Below the pieces are notes generated by a model. The model ran no database searches and was not told the origin of the DNA. It saw nothing but the letters and a program-made list of their open reading frames with translations. Below are positions 1-12,661 of a DNA stretch of 64,000 bases, piece by piece. Source of the DNA: Octopus sinensis (taxonomy: Eukaryota); NCBI RefSeq assembly GCF_006345805.1, contig NC_043001.1, positions 89,590,001-89,654,000 on the forward strand. The letters are read 5' to 3'. The position numbers were made by a program, and so were the translations under genes. Numbering within the stretch: position 1 is the stretch's first letter; the number at the start of each line of letters is the position of its first letter.

Positions 1-129
1 TAGTCGCAATTTATGTTCCTAACACTAGCTTAATGATAACTAAGTTATTTCACTAAATTCTTTGTTATATTTAAAATTGATTGAAAGAAACACAGAGCAT
101 CTCAAAATAAATACAGTAACAAAAGGGTT

Positions 130-960
130 AATGTTGGTTGTGGTTACTTGTAAATTGCATGGTGAGTTGTACTAGGTGATTTTCATTTTTCTATTCTTAG
201 TTTTAAGCTTTGTGATGGGATGTAGTTGACGTTTTCTTTGGAATCACTTAGTATAAGGATATTGTATGAGTATTCATTTTTTATTAAGGCAAGCTTTGAG
301 GAAAATATTTCTCGGGTTTATTGCTTATGGAGGGTTATATCATTGAAAGATGTATATTTGTTGGGTTATTTTGTTAGATTTTCAAAATAAAATTTTTGCA
401 AGGTGTGTCTAGAGTAAATTAATTATACACTTTTTCTATGTTCGTATTCACTGAGATTTTCACATTGGAGCCTTTCAGCAGAGAAGCCCTCATGAATATG
501 TTTGTGGCTCAGGGATTCATGTTTTTGACAATGGGAAGCTTTCGTTCATGTAAAGGCCTCCTTCAACAAATTGTGATTTAGTGTTAAGAGTGTATAATTA
601 AAATAGGCCAACCAGTTCACTTACCTCAGTGGATTTGTATGACTCCAAACTTATGGGAGAGTGTTTAACAGGATTTCTCTTTATCCTTACATTTCCATTG
701 TTTGAAGAGGTAGATTTCTGACATGTATAATGTTCATGTCTTGTGCTGAGATAGTGGTGAATTGGTTGGCATGTGAAATTGTGAAATTACAAGGAATTCC
801 TTTGAAATCAGTGTTTCGGCTTTTATGTTTCATGGATCTACCTCAAGAGAGAGATCAACCACTGAAGTTGACAACAGTATGGTTGCTATGTGCAATTAAG
901 GATTATGAGGACAAAAAAGGCAGGCTAGTTTATAAGAAATAGCTATAGAGATGCTTAAAA
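130..960 (-). mobile_element. Degraded Penelope-like retroelement RT/thumb fragment
   Basis: Broken minus-strand translations include KNRKMKIT*YNSPCNLQVTT, resembling the PLE post-RT motif RKRKIxWFNPPxxxxVxT, and K*PNKYT...NPP. Many stops and frameshifts. Confidence 0.45.
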
Positions 961-2279
961 TATCTGAAGCAGAGTATGTGCTAGTTACTGATATAATCAG
1001 ATAGTATAAGAGCTTTTTGTATGCAATATGTAGCACATTATCATCAAATGCTTCTAAGGCAAAAGAAATACACAAGAAAGACCAATTACAGATTAATTAA
1101 ATTGTTGGATCAGTTTACGAAAGTCTTCAACAATCCCAAATCTTGTCCAGTCTTATCCAATATAAATTGTAAAGAAACGTAACTCATTCCAAGAAATCCT
1201 CAACATTTGATTCTACCAGTATAGTAACTCAACTACAAATACCTTCACCATAACATAGTATAATATGCTGTTAGCATAACCATATGCTCTTCAAATAGGC
1301 AAATCCTTGACCTAACTCCAAACAAATTCAAAGTTTGCTTTAAGCAACATCTGAGCACACATTTAGAAATATTTACAGAAAACATGAAGCCAAGTAAGCA
1401 CATTTGGAAAACTTGAAACACTCCAACACTTCACATTCCATTACTTAGACATTAAACTTCAGGCTCTAAATTCTGTTCCCTCTCCATTACAGAAAGGAAA
1501 GCAGTTCTCTTCAACAAATAAAACTTCAAAACAGAGTTAATCTCATTCTGTAGACAGAAAATCCTCCCTCTTTTGAAATGTCTTTAACCCACACAGATAA
1601 TAGCACACCACTACTAACCCTCATACAACTTCCTACAACCTCCATATTATCCCTACTGCACACATATTTTATCTTGCCCAAATAGCTATATATGAATATG
1701 CAGATGTGTGTATGTATACACTGTTATATTTGTATGACTTTAAACTGCATCCAGTGGTAGGGCTCTGGTTCAGGAGACCTCAGGATTTTCACAGTGTAGA
1801 AGCATCTCTTAGCCACTATTGCTCTTAGGTCTACTCTGACTCGGAGAAGCAGCACGTGTCAGGGTCCCAGATAATGGTTAGTATTATGGTTTGCCTACCT
1901 ATACATGTGAAGACTGGATTCGGTGGACTTTGCAGAGGAAACCTTTATGGTTCAATGGAGGGGAAGACAGCTGTAGCAATACACTGTGGAGTGCAGAGAG
2001 CAAAATGATACAAGACATCTTGGTTATTGTTTAACACCAGATTAATCCTGATCCATTAGCCTTATTATCAAAAATTTTCCATTCATCACCATTGTAGCTT
2101 TTATTTAGACATAGACTATCTAAGGCTATATAATCAAATGTATCCTTTCTTTTTTAAGACAGTAGAATGTGATTTCTAACAGATGCAGAAACCAGCTATA
2201 GACTCTTACATTGACTTTTGTTTGTCAATGTTATAGTTTCTCTGTTAACATTAACTCTTGATGGTTAAAAACAACAGAA

Positions 2280-2500
2280 ATAGTCATACATGTAAAGAAA
2301 AAGGCAAACACATTACCTGAATGCACTGGTGTATCAAGATAAGATGTTGGTGGTGGTAGATGGAAATGAGAAAATCTTTATTTGGCTCATAAAAACACGA
2401 GCAGGCACATTAAACACACAATTGCTCCTGATTTAGAAACATAAAAATTGTCTACACTCTCCTAGTATATCTGGAACTTGAAAGAGTATGGAATGAGCAA
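2280..2500 (+). mobile_element. Degraded Penelope-like GIY-YIG endonuclease fragment
   Basis: Translates in pieces to ALVYQDK...KIFIW and LSTLS*YIWNLKE, matching STSLADFVW*LKE in the better-preserved copy at 24932-25620. Confidence 0.4.
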
Positions 2501-3707
2501 AACCAAAATAATTGATTAATAGCCTTTATATAGTCAACCTAAGAGTAATGCAAATGTATCAGAGGACAGACAGATGGACACACGCATGCATGCACACACA
2601 CAAATTGAAAGAGAATGAAAAGCCAGTAATCAATAGAACTTTTGATTGTTTTACCATATCATCCTAAACTGCTTTCACAATTAATATTTGTTGCTAGGAG
2701 TAGGGTGTGTGTGTGAATGTGCTCTGACCAATCCTAATTTGGTTCATATCAGTTAACTTAGTTTTATTTGTCCTTTTTTATTTTGTATGTGTAGTTATCT
2801 GAAAGTGGTACCCCCTTCCACACATCCCGTTCTTCTAACAACAACAAATAATAATTGTTTGTAACATAAGCACAATGCTATAAATTTGGTGAGAGTGGGG
2901 TTAGTTGATTAAAATGGTGTCAGTACTTGATTGATATTTTATTTTATTGACCCAATGAAAGGCAAGGATTTGAACTCAAAAACCAGACTAAATACTGCCA
3001 ATCTATTGCCCTTCGAACAACAAATAATCTTTATTGATATGATTTATTGAGACTTTTCTTTAGACTATATATTCATGATGTTTATTTCAAAATCATTGCT
3101 GCTGGCATGAAAACATACATAGTATATGCTGTAAAGTGGTTGGCATTAAGAAGAGCATCCAACCATAGCAACCATTTCAAATCATACTGGAATACAGTGC
3201 TGTTCTTGGGACCAATGGATCCTATCAAACCATCCAACCCATGCCAATATGGAACATGAACATTAAATGATGATGATATCTCTGATTTCTGTTGTCTTTT
3301 TCATGGATGTGTATATGTACATGATTCCAGACCAGATTCAAAGTAATGGTAGTAAGTCCTTAAACATACGTTTAGTGGATAAGGACATTATTGGCTGGAT
3401 ATGTACAAGCACATATCCAGAAATAAAAGAGCTAATGATATCCAGAAAATGAATAGAATGAGATGTGTTGTAGATATAAATATTGTAAATATACACATTA
3501 GACCTGAAGTTTATAGCCTGGGTAAATTATAATCATATTAACATCTCATCTAGTCCTTATCCACTAAATCCCTAGTACATACACATGTACAGGAACGAAA
3601 TTCCTGATGATGTTCAGAAGTTGCATGAAATGAAATGTGATGTTGTTATAAATATTGTAAATATGCACTTTAAAGCTGAAGTTTATAGACTGGATAAATT
3701 ATAATCA

Positions 3708-4062
3708 TCATCATCATCATCGTTTAACGTCCGTTCTCCATGCTAGCATGGGTTGGACGGTTCGACCGGGGATCTGGGAAGCCAGAAGGCTGCACCAGGC
3801 TCCAGTCTTATCTGGCAGTGTTTCTACAGCTGGATGCCCTTCCTAACGCCAACCACTCCGTGAGTGTAGTGGGTGCTTTTTACGTGCCACCTGCACAGGT
3901 GCCAGGCGAGGCTGGCAATGGCCACGGTCGGATTGGTGTATTTTATGTGCCACCGGCACGGAAGCCAGACGAGGCGGTGCTGGCATCGGCCACGAGTCGG
4001 ATGGTGCTTTTTACGTACCACCAGACCAGGGATCCTGGCTGGTTCAATTCGATTTCGATTTC
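3708..4062 (-). mobile_element. SINE family C (Meta-domain-like core, (GAT)n tail)
   Basis: Sense core GTTGGCGTTAGGAAGGGCATCCAGCTGTAGAAA and 3' end CCCATGCTAGCATGGAGAACGGACGTTAAACGATGATGATG. Related copies near 3110-3275, 8942-9135, 10830-11170, 13365-13510, 16920-17180, 35062-35245, 38095-38585, 38780-39058, 39414-39770 and 45450-45650. Confidence 0.8.
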
Positions 4063-4558
4063 GCTTGCCCCAACATGTCTTCGCAATAATCTTATTAAGA
4101 ATTCATCTAAGACATTTAGATATTTAGTAATAATTGATTTATCAAAATAATATAAGAATGGTTATTCTCCTTACATATTTAGGTGGGATGGTGATGGGAA
4201 ATATATGAAATTTGTACTCAAATCTTTCACAAATTAAACTGGAAATTTGAAATAATGATTTCTAAGATTGATATAAAACAGCACATTTTGAGGGAAAGGT
4301 TTGATTTGGTTGACTCCAGTATTTTACTGGTGTATATTTAATTGACTCTGGAGAGATGAAAGACAGTTTTACAGTGAAATTTGGACTTAAAAAAGGCGCT
4401 ATAATGCTGAAAGTAATTCATTCTGATACCTTTTACAATACTGGAGATTTTTAGATATTGTAAGGTAAACTTTCAAATGACTCAGATAATTTTTATAGAT
4501 ACTGTGAGATTATGCATGCACAGCTGTTGTTAATATTATTGTTCTTTTCCATTTCCAG

Positions 4559-4804
4559 CTGGAACCAGAAATAAAGGCAGTACGAAAGACACAAGAGAGT
4601 CTAATAGAGGACTTGACGCATATCCGTAGCAACAGTGATGTGCACAACAAGCAGTATTCAGAACTGCAGATGAATGTCAGACAAATTGCAGAAGATGCAA
4701 CAGAGGCCATTAGCAGCATGAAGACCTTGAAATCACAGACAGTAAATAATCTGCAGCTTATCAAGAATATTAAGCTGGAATTGAACAAACTAAAGGATCC
4801 AGAA
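4559..4804 (+). CDS. Unidentified coiled-coil protein, internal exon A (82 codons, phase 0-0); upstream exons not identified
   Basis: Acceptor cttttccatttccag|CTG and donor GAA|gtaagc. Open frame LEPEIKAVRKTQESLIEDLTHIRSN...LNKLKDPE with heptad-like pattern. Confidence 0.8.
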
Positions 4805-5379
4805 GTAAGCTAATCTACTTTTAGTTTGTAATGTTTGTCTGGTGTTAGCTAGATAGGTATGCAAATTTATCATTTCATCATTTGCCATCTAACTTACTTT
4901 TGACTGATTACTAAGTTAGCCTTTCTAATTTATTTAGATTGGTTATTGTCATCTTGTTACATATGCTTATACCAAAACCTATCTTTTGTCTGGCTACCAT
5001 CCCATGTTCATTCCATTCACTTTTAGCTGAAAGCCATTACAAAGATCCACTATACCTCATGTCACCTAATACATGGACCACTACAAAGGTTCACTATCTG
5101 TGCATCAATACAATAAAGTACAGATTGATCTGTACTTTATTACAGATGAACCACCATTTAATGCAACCAGTCAAAGTATATTGATTGGAGTATAATGAGA
5201 GAGACCTGGGCTTTCATTGTTAGCTTAATCAAACTGATTAAGTGTATTTATGCCTATATGTCTTCTGCAAGAATTTTTCTTTGTGACAAATTACAGTAAG
5301 TAGCCTTCTTACAGGTCCAAATATACTCAAGCATATTTGAACTGGTAACAAGTTTATATCAATACAATAATGAATGTAT

Positions 5380-5704
5380 CATACAGATAAGAAAGTAATA
5401 TTTTGAATGTAGTATAGTTGTGAAAACAGCAGAAAGGTTGGGTATTTTACATTTATATGACAGAAAAAGTTGTCAGCAGACAGCCGCAGGATTCAAACCC
5501 ACACCTCTTAGATACCAGCTGAGTGCTCTACCATTAAGCTAAACTGCCTGTTGACAACCTTTTTAGTCATATAAGAGTAAAATATCCAATCTTTCTGCTG
5601 TTTCCACAGCTATACTGTATTTGAAATATTACTTTCTTGTCTTACGATACACATTTGACGCTTCCAAAAACAAACAAAAAGATGTTTGTTTACATATGTT
5701 GTTG
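5380..5704. mobile_element. Foldback insertion with tRNA-like loop and 15-bp flanking direct repeats
   Basis: CAATAATGAATGTAT at 5365-5379 and 5705-5719. Inverted arms at ~5385-5483 and ~5544-5641. Confidence 0.7.
5478..5548 (-). pseudogene. tRNA-like sequence (anticodon GGT, Thr-like), probably a pseudogene
   Basis: GGCAGTTTAGCTTAATGGTAGAGCACTCAGCTGGTATCTAAGAGGTGTGGGTTTGAATCCTGCGGCTGTCT folds as a cloverleaf. A box TAGCTTAATGG, anticodon loop CTGGTAT, T loop TTTGAAT (decayed TTCGAAT), one anticodon-stem mismatch. Confidence 0.7.
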
Positions 5705-6457
5705 CAATAATGAATGTATTGGTTTTTAAAGCTGGTTGTTCAGGTTTCTAGATGCCTTGTTTAAGAGTACAACACAATAGCTCTAAAAGTGTTGTAATTT
5801 GTTTGAAGCATTGCAGTATGTATAAATAAGGTGTTTGAAAAAGAAAAAGACCTTTGATCTATGCAGGTGAGGAGTTAGGCAAAGTATATGTAAGGCTTTG
5901 TCAATCAATAACAACAAAGAAAATAGATATTATATTATTTTACATAGGTTATTTAATGATTGTATGATATTTCAGAAAAAAGTTCCCCACTTCAAATATA
6001 AGAAAATATAATTAAAGAGTATGGAGAAATGTATTGTTACCAAGTCATTCTTGTATGTTGTTGAATGGCTTACTAGAAAGAGCACATTTCTCCATTCTCT
6101 GATTATTTATTTTCTTCTGTGAAAAAGGGATGTTTTTTCTAAACTATTTCATAAGATCAGTAGACAACCTGTGTAAGGTAATATAAAATCTCTTCTCTTT
6201 GTTTTCATTTATTGACATGACCTTATATATTTTGTCTAACTCCTCACCTACATTGCTCAAAGGTTTTTTCCAACATTTATCTCATTTACAAAAGCTGGTG
6301 GTGGTAAAGTTTGAGCATGCAATCATATGGTCTGTAGTCCAGCACTTTTACCTTATAGCCATTCTCTGACAAAAGTTTACTTGGAATGCTTGTGATTTCC
6401 AATAAATTTCCACAACAAAGTTTTGATTTTATTTTAATTTCTAATTTTTTGAAATAG

Positions 6458-6700
6458 TCTCGAATAAACCTGAAGATTGAAGCTGAGCGAAAAGAAACCA
6501 GACAGGATATCGACATGTTGAAGACACAGTTGAAAGAAGAACATACTCGCTCCTTGAATACGGCCAATGAGATGGAGAAAATCATTAAATCTTTATCATC
6601 AGTCACCATGATGCAAAATGACATTAAAGCACAGTTAGAGGAGATGTCATTAAAAGTGAGCGATCTGCAGAATGACATCAGTACCTTGAAGATATCACAG
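6458..6700 (+). CDS. Unidentified coiled-coil protein, exon B (81 codons, phase 0-0)
   Basis: T-rich acceptor ...gaaatag|TCT and donor CAG|gtaaaa. SRINLKIEAERKETRQDIDMLKTQLKEE...LKISQ, in frame with ORF 6515..6709. Confidence 0.8.
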
Positions 6701-6932
6701 GTAAAATAATCATGGTAGTGTATCTGTGTGATGATAACAGGGTGGATATTAACCAAATAAGGACTGTATGTAGATGGTGACAGGATAGGTGCAGTGAGTA
6801 GTTGTTGGGTATATTTCCTATTTCTAGCAAATTGAGTAACCCTGTAGATGGGGTGGCTTTATATGTTCCCCTACAATGCAGTGTATTACCATTGAAACAT
6901 GAGATGTTTTCCTTTTTTCTTTCTCTCCCCAG

Positions 6933-7172
6933 GGGCCGATTTCGAAAATCAAAGAAATAGAAAACAAACAAGAACTTCTGCAGACAATGTTAAACAGTGC
7001 TATGAAACAAATCGAAGAGAACAAGAACAACCAGTTATTGTTCAGTGCATCACAGACTCCAAACCTTCAGAGAGATGTTGTTGATAAACTGGCTATGCGT
7101 ATCAACGAATTAGAGACAAGCTTTGGGGAAATGAAGAATAATCAGAAAAATATGAAACTGGGACTTCATTTG
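6933..7172 (+). CDS. Unidentified coiled-coil protein, exon C (80 codons, phase 0-0)
   Basis: Strong pyrimidine tract ccttttttctttctctccccag|GGG and donor TTG|gttagt. GPISKIKEIENKQELLQTMLNSAMKQIEE...KLGLHL. Confidence 0.8.
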
Positions 7173-7426
7173 GTTAGTGACATATTTACATCTCTTCCTA
7201 CTGACTCTCTTTACTGTTTTTACAAATGAATACGTTTGCCTTTCTCTAAACAACCTTATTTTATTGTCATCTGTTGATACTCTCTGTTTTTCAGTGTATG
7301 TATGTGTGTGTGTATGTGTGGGTGTCTTGGTGACCTTGGGTAGAGACATAAGCAGACCACATTGACCGTCATGAGCAGGGTTCAATCTCACCCTGGACCT
7401 GCATTAAGGGGTCTTACTAAAATTTT

Positions 7427-7600
7427 AGGCTGTGTGGTAAGTAGCTTGCTTACCAACCACATGGTTTTGGGTTCAATCCCACTGCATGGCACCTTGAGTG
7501 TCTTCTACTATAGCCTCGGGCCGACCAAAGCCTTGCGAGTAGATTTGGTAGATGGAAACTGAAAGAAGTCTATTGTATATATGTATATGTGTGTATGTGC
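7427..7600 (+). mobile_element. SINE family A, 5' half (tRNA-derived head)
   Basis: GGCTGTGTGGTAAGTAGCTTGC...GGTTCAATCCCACTG head followed by the shared body GATTTGGTAGATGGAAACTGAAAGAAG. Confidence 0.75.
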
Positions 7601-8349
7601 TACATATTTTGGTCTTCTGTCATCTTCATAAGGCTCAGCATTTTGAGATCAGCTTTCAATATTTCATCCTCCTCATCCATATGCATCACATGACTAAGCC
7701 AGCAGTCTCCTCTCTTGCACACTGCATATAATTCCTCTTATGCCCACAACACACCAGTGCTCTATCATACATGCATATCTCATGGAACATACCAGCTTCG
7801 TTCCTCTCCAGCTTTCACATGTCCTAAGCATTCAGATATAAATTTTTTCTTATAATGTACCTGAAGAGGTATTCTTAGTTTGCTTCAGATACCAAGCACT
7901 GGAGGGGATCAACTGAACCCTGTAGATCCCTTCTTTATAAACATGTACTCTTGTGCAATTAGAAATAATTATTTTTGCTGTTGTATCTTACTTTAGTTGT
8001 TGCTTAATTAAATAAAAAAAACCCAATGTTAGTTTGCCTTCTATAGGTTTTTACCCCAGGTTCTATTTGAATTTAGTCAGAGAAACATCCATTTGGTATA
8101 CATTATATCCAATGTTTGTCACAAAACTTTTCTTTTTTTTCAAGACTTTCTCATTGTTGACCTCCTGTGCATAATCTATGTACTTTTCATACAGTTATGG
8201 TGATTTTTTCTGATGAGTTGTAGTGTACCTGAGTCCTGCATACAATTAGTTCATTATTATTATTTTTTATCCTGATGATACTTATACACATGGATGAATT
8301 TAAGCTCAGTATCAGGATCCAATAAAACAATGTATTTAGTGTCATATGA

Positions 8350-8580
8350 GGAGGAGGAGACCCTCCTCCGGTCATGAATGACCATGGGATTGCACCTAGA
8401 AAGTTACCCTCCGAAGCACAAGTCCGGGCAAGGTTGTTTGTGGAAGACCAGTTGTTGCCCATGCATACCAGCCTCTCCTCTCCACACCACTGATGTTATC
8501 CAAGGGAAAGGCAAAGGCCGATACAGCTTGGCACCAGTGATGTCGCAACTCATTTCTACAGCTGAGTTAACTGGAGTGAC
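8350..8580 (-). mobile_element. SINE family D, 3' part
   Basis: Reverse-complement homolog of 31160-31378; both give the spurious ORF 'LHLESYPP.HK..QGCLWKTS.CPCIPAS'. Confidence 0.65.
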
Positions 8581-8709
8581 ATATAAGATACTTTTTTTTT
8601 TCTGAAAAAAATCACCCTGGGTTCTGTAAACAAAGTTAGACTTCTATTACATACTTTAATGCACTAAAAACTTTTACTGAATATGTAGTTGAAATTGGAG
8701 TGTATTTAA

Positions 8710-8899
8710 CCCTTTAGCATTTAAACCAAAATATTCCAGCTGTTTTATGTTCAAATTGGCCCTTCACATCAACTCTACAATATAATTCTAAAAATTAAGT
8801 TACCTCATCAAAATTTCAAAACTATAAGATAATGCATGATTAATTGGAAGCAATGTGAATAAATATTACTTTTGACAAAATAACCTGAATTCTAAAGGG
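8710..8899. mobile_element. piggyBac-type non-autonomous element (MITE)
   Basis: TTAA|CCCTTTAGCATT ... AATTCTAAAGGG|TTAA. A degenerate second copy lies at ~16266-16475. Confidence 0.75.
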
Positions 8900-9365
8900 T
8901 TAATATGCCCCTGCCTCTTTTATGCTGTACCACCTCATTGTTCATCATCGTTTAACATCCGCTTTCCATGCTAGCATGGGTTGGATGATTTAACTGAGGA
9001 CTGGCGAACCAGGCTCCAATCTTGATCTGGCAGAGTTTCTATAGCTGAATACCTTTCCTAACGCCAACCACTCCGAGAGAGCTTTTACATGCCACCGGCA
9101 TGAGGGCCAGTCAGGCGGTACTGGCAACGGCCACAAAAAAAAATATCGTTTTTTTTTTTATACCTATGTAAGTAAAAACTTTGTGGTACCTATTTTGCAT
9201 TAAGAACAAAGGATAGTTATTGAAAATGTTTGATCCCCTTTGCACTTAATGTCCAAATAGCTACCTTTTATTGTTGTCACATTTTTCTTTCTTGTTGTTA
9301 CTGCTGTAATTGATATTGCTGTCCAGTGGACAGTTTACTCAGTCTACTTTTTCTATCTTTCACAG

Positions 9366-9427
9366 AAAACCAGAGTTATCCACAAACCACAAGCAAAGAA
9401 GGGAAAATATCAACACAAGAAAGTGGA
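9366..9427 (+). CDS. Unidentified coiled-coil protein, exon D (phase 0-2), basic tail
   Basis: Acceptor ctttttctatctttcacag|AAA and donor GA|gtaagc. KTRVIHKPQAKKGKYQHKKV(E). Confidence 0.7.
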
Positions 9428-10579
9428 GTAAGCATTTTATTGGTTATCCAGTCCTGACAATAATTTTTCAGTGTGGATGATTGCACTTAATATAGCCAAC
9501 ATCAAAAACAGGTGGTAGAATTTCAAGCTAGTTTACCTTAGTTCACAACCAAAAATTATATTTTGTGAGAAACTAGAGTAATCCCATATTTTAAGTCATT
9601 TAGAGATAAAAAAAGAAATACATCTAATTTGTCTAAATACTTCTTTGTCCCTAAGATTTATATTAAACAAATGTCAAAAGTTCTCTCCCTATACAATACT
9701 TTGGGCAAATGTCTTTAGCTATTGCCCTGAGCTGACCAAAACCTTGTGAGGTTTGGTAGGTGTAAACTGAAAGAAGCCTGCCATGTTTGTGTACATATAC
9801 ATACATGAGTGTGTGCTTGTTTATTGTGTCTCTTTGTCTTAACATCATTCAATAGTTGTAAGCAAGTGTCACCTTCATTTCCAGTTGTGTATAATCATGT
9901 CCAACTATGAAGAGATATTACCTTGCTTGGAAACAAGCGAGGATTGGTAAACAGTAAGGGCATCCAGCTGCAGAAAATCTGTTAACTTTGGGTTTCATTG
10001 TTTGAAAACAATGGACAAGACAGTGTGAAGATCTGGTTTGATTGTTTTGAAGTGACCTAATGTTCTTCCACATTTGGTGTGTATATAGAAACATGAAAAG
10101 CTTGGTGTAATTGGAGAGAGAGATAGTTTTGAAAATTTGCCTATTGTGTAGAGTTGGATGCAAAGTGGGCTACAAAAATGAAATTGTATTAAGATATATG
10201 GCTTAGAAAGCCATGAAATTGAAAAATAAAGGGAAAGCAGATTCCACAGAATTAGTAAAGATTCTTTTAGCAAGGAATTAAAAGGACTGCTTGCAGTTTA
10301 GGAGGTAAGAGTCTGTGTAAGAATTGCAGCGGTGAGTAAAAGCTGTCTAATTAGTAGATTTGGTATTAAACAGGATAGTATTGTATGCTCACTAGCCAAA
10401 TATGTATCTCACATCACGAGAAATTACTAGAAATACTGAATGATTACTTTGATCAGCTACAACTGTATCATAGCAAAGATGACCGGGGGGAACTATCCAA
10501 TACAAAACTTAACACCAATCTGATTCTTGTTTTATTTCATTCCAAACAATTTCACTGCTTTCAATTTATTTCCATACAG

Positions 10580-10615
10580 GATTAAACATACCTCTTGGCA
10601 AGCTCCTCAACCACG
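10580..10615 (+). CDS. Unidentified coiled-coil protein, 36-nt exon E (phase 2-2)
   Basis: Acceptor tttatttccatacag|G and donor CG|gtaagt. Reads (E)IKHTSWQAPQP(R); phase matches exon D. Confidence 0.6.
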
Positions 10616-11676
10616 GTAAGTGAACAAACAATGACTATTACATACAAATGCTTCTCTCTTTCACTCTGTTTACTAGCTTTATTCTAATAGTAGATAGTCA
10701 ATGAGTCAACCGACTACTGTTAGATGATGGCTGATAAACTGAGAGAGAGAAGTTTGTCTTAAGGAATATTATGTCAAACTCTGGCTGGGTAGCCATGTAC
10801 CTCTTCTGCAGCAAGTCTGTCACACTCTAACCTTTCATCATTTGGCACAAGATTGCCTCCTCCAATGCCCCTTCCCCTCTCAAAGATTTCTTGTCTTGCA
10901 AGTTACTTGGTGACTCTGCCAGTGCTGGTACCATGTAAAAAGCATCCAGTCCACATAGTAAAGTGGTTAGCATCTGGAAGGGCATCTAGCTGTAAAAAAC
11001 ATGCTGAAACTGATCTCGCCTGTGCTGGTGCCACTCAGTGGTTGGTGTTAGAAAGGGCATCAGCCATAAAAACTATGTCAAAACAGACACAGAAGTCTGG
11101 TGCAGGCTCCTGCCTGGCCAGCCATCCAACCCATGCCAGTATGGAAGGAGGGCATTAAACGATGATGACAATAATGAAGCAATGGTTTTTCAAAAGTGAC
11201 AGGAACAAAAGATTAAAGTAGGACATTAAAGAAACTAAATAGAAGTAATCACACAAAAATCATCTACATTAGATTTTTGATGTTTCACACAAACATATAC
11301 GAGATTTGTTTTACTGATGTTTTACATTTCCATGCCAGCCTGTTCTTCCTACTTCTGTTTGACTTATGATATTAAAAAGTGGTTGTGCCACCTAGGTGCA
11401 AACCAGATTATATTTTGTCCAAAGGTACAACAATGGTAGAATGGTTTGAACCAATGCCCATGTAATTGTTTAGCAACTAAATTTGACTGCTATCTTCAAA
11501 TTTACCTGGGATTAATAAAATATACTAAATTCTTTGACTGATCCTATTTCCCCAGGACCAGGTAACTCTGAAGCCTTCTTCCTGCACAGGTTTACACACA
11601 CAATTATGTAGTTATTCATTCATTTTACATTATTCAGTATTTAAAACATTTCACTTTTATCTATTTTTGTCAACAG

Positions 11677-11692
11677 GAATGAAGGTAATTAA
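11677..11692 (+). CDS. Unidentified coiled-coil protein, terminal coding exon F
   Basis: Acceptor ttttatctatttttgtcaacag|G, then AAT GAA GGT AAT TAA = (R)NEGN*. Phase matches exon E. Confidence 0.55.
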
Positions 11693-12326
11693 AGAACATC
11701 ACAGCCCTCAATGGATAAAAATGCTCAGATGAGGTTTGAAACAAGAATTTAAGACCATTTTCTGCCTCATTCTCACTTTAATTAATTGATTTGATTGATG
11801 ATTTACCAATTAAAGATTAAAATATTTCTGTGCAAATCATATTGAAATAACTTGGTTCAGTTTGTAGATGCCACCTCCTAACCTTGTTTCTTTAGCTTTT
11901 GCAAGAACATTTGTCTGCAGTAAGACCAGCTTGTCATGTAAAATGAGTTGGTCACTAATCAACCAATGAGGCTTGACTTTTTTTCTGATGGACTGAAGAT
12001 CAGACACTCCAGTCTGGGAGTAAACTCTTGCATCAAAAAATATCTTTGCAATTGGTTCCTGAAAAGAGTTCACAGTGGACAGTGATTGGTCAGGTCAATA
12101 ACATATCAGACAAGCAGGTGAGACAGCTGTTTGTGTCCTCTTACTTACACCATACTGTGATCACATCTCTAACAGTAAGTAAAGCAGGGAATCATTCATT
12201 ACTGTGTTAAACTACCTGTCTCCAGTATATCTATCTATTTAACTACTTGTCTGCCTACTTATCTCTTGCAAGATATCAGATACTTTGATGATGGGTTTAT
12301 CTATATTAATAATCTTTCATACACAA

Positions 12327-12332
12327 TTTATT
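12327..12332 (-). terminator. Candidate polyadenylation signal for THUMPD1
   Basis: AATAAA on the minus strand about 330 nt downstream of the stop codon. Use not verifiable from sequence. Confidence 0.4.
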
Positions 12333-12661
12333 ATATGTCAAAAAGTGAAGGTCCAAAGTAGTAATAACCCAATTCTCTTGTTACTCCATTTAAGATTGTC
12401 AAAATAAATACCAGTAATATACTGGAGTTTTTGCCATATCTTTACCTGTGTCCCATTTCTATAAAACCTATAAAAAATAACAACAGAACAGCAGGGTTTA
12501 AAGAAATGGTAACAGATATTTTTACAACTAAATAGAGCTGAATGGAACAAACAACAGGAAAGTACATCTTAGGGAGTTGACTTCAAAAGACTGCACACTT
12601 TCTTAAAATTCATCTGATCTCCACTGCTGCCAGCAATGGAACTAGTTCACAACAGTTCTTG

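Noticed and set aside
3740-4150. Recurrent ORFs containing LQLDALPNANHS or LLSVSVYQIHSQG
   Set aside because: They are chance open frames in multi-copy SINE families A and C.
5478-5548. Functional tRNA-Thr gene or bacterial contamination
   Set aside because: The T loop is mutated, the anticodon stem has a mismatch, and it is embedded in a foldback inside a spliceosomal intron.
11837-12073. 78-aa ORF between the convergent genes
   Set aside because: No splice or start support. It weakly resembles a Gypsy RNaseH-integrase linker remnant, too faint to call.
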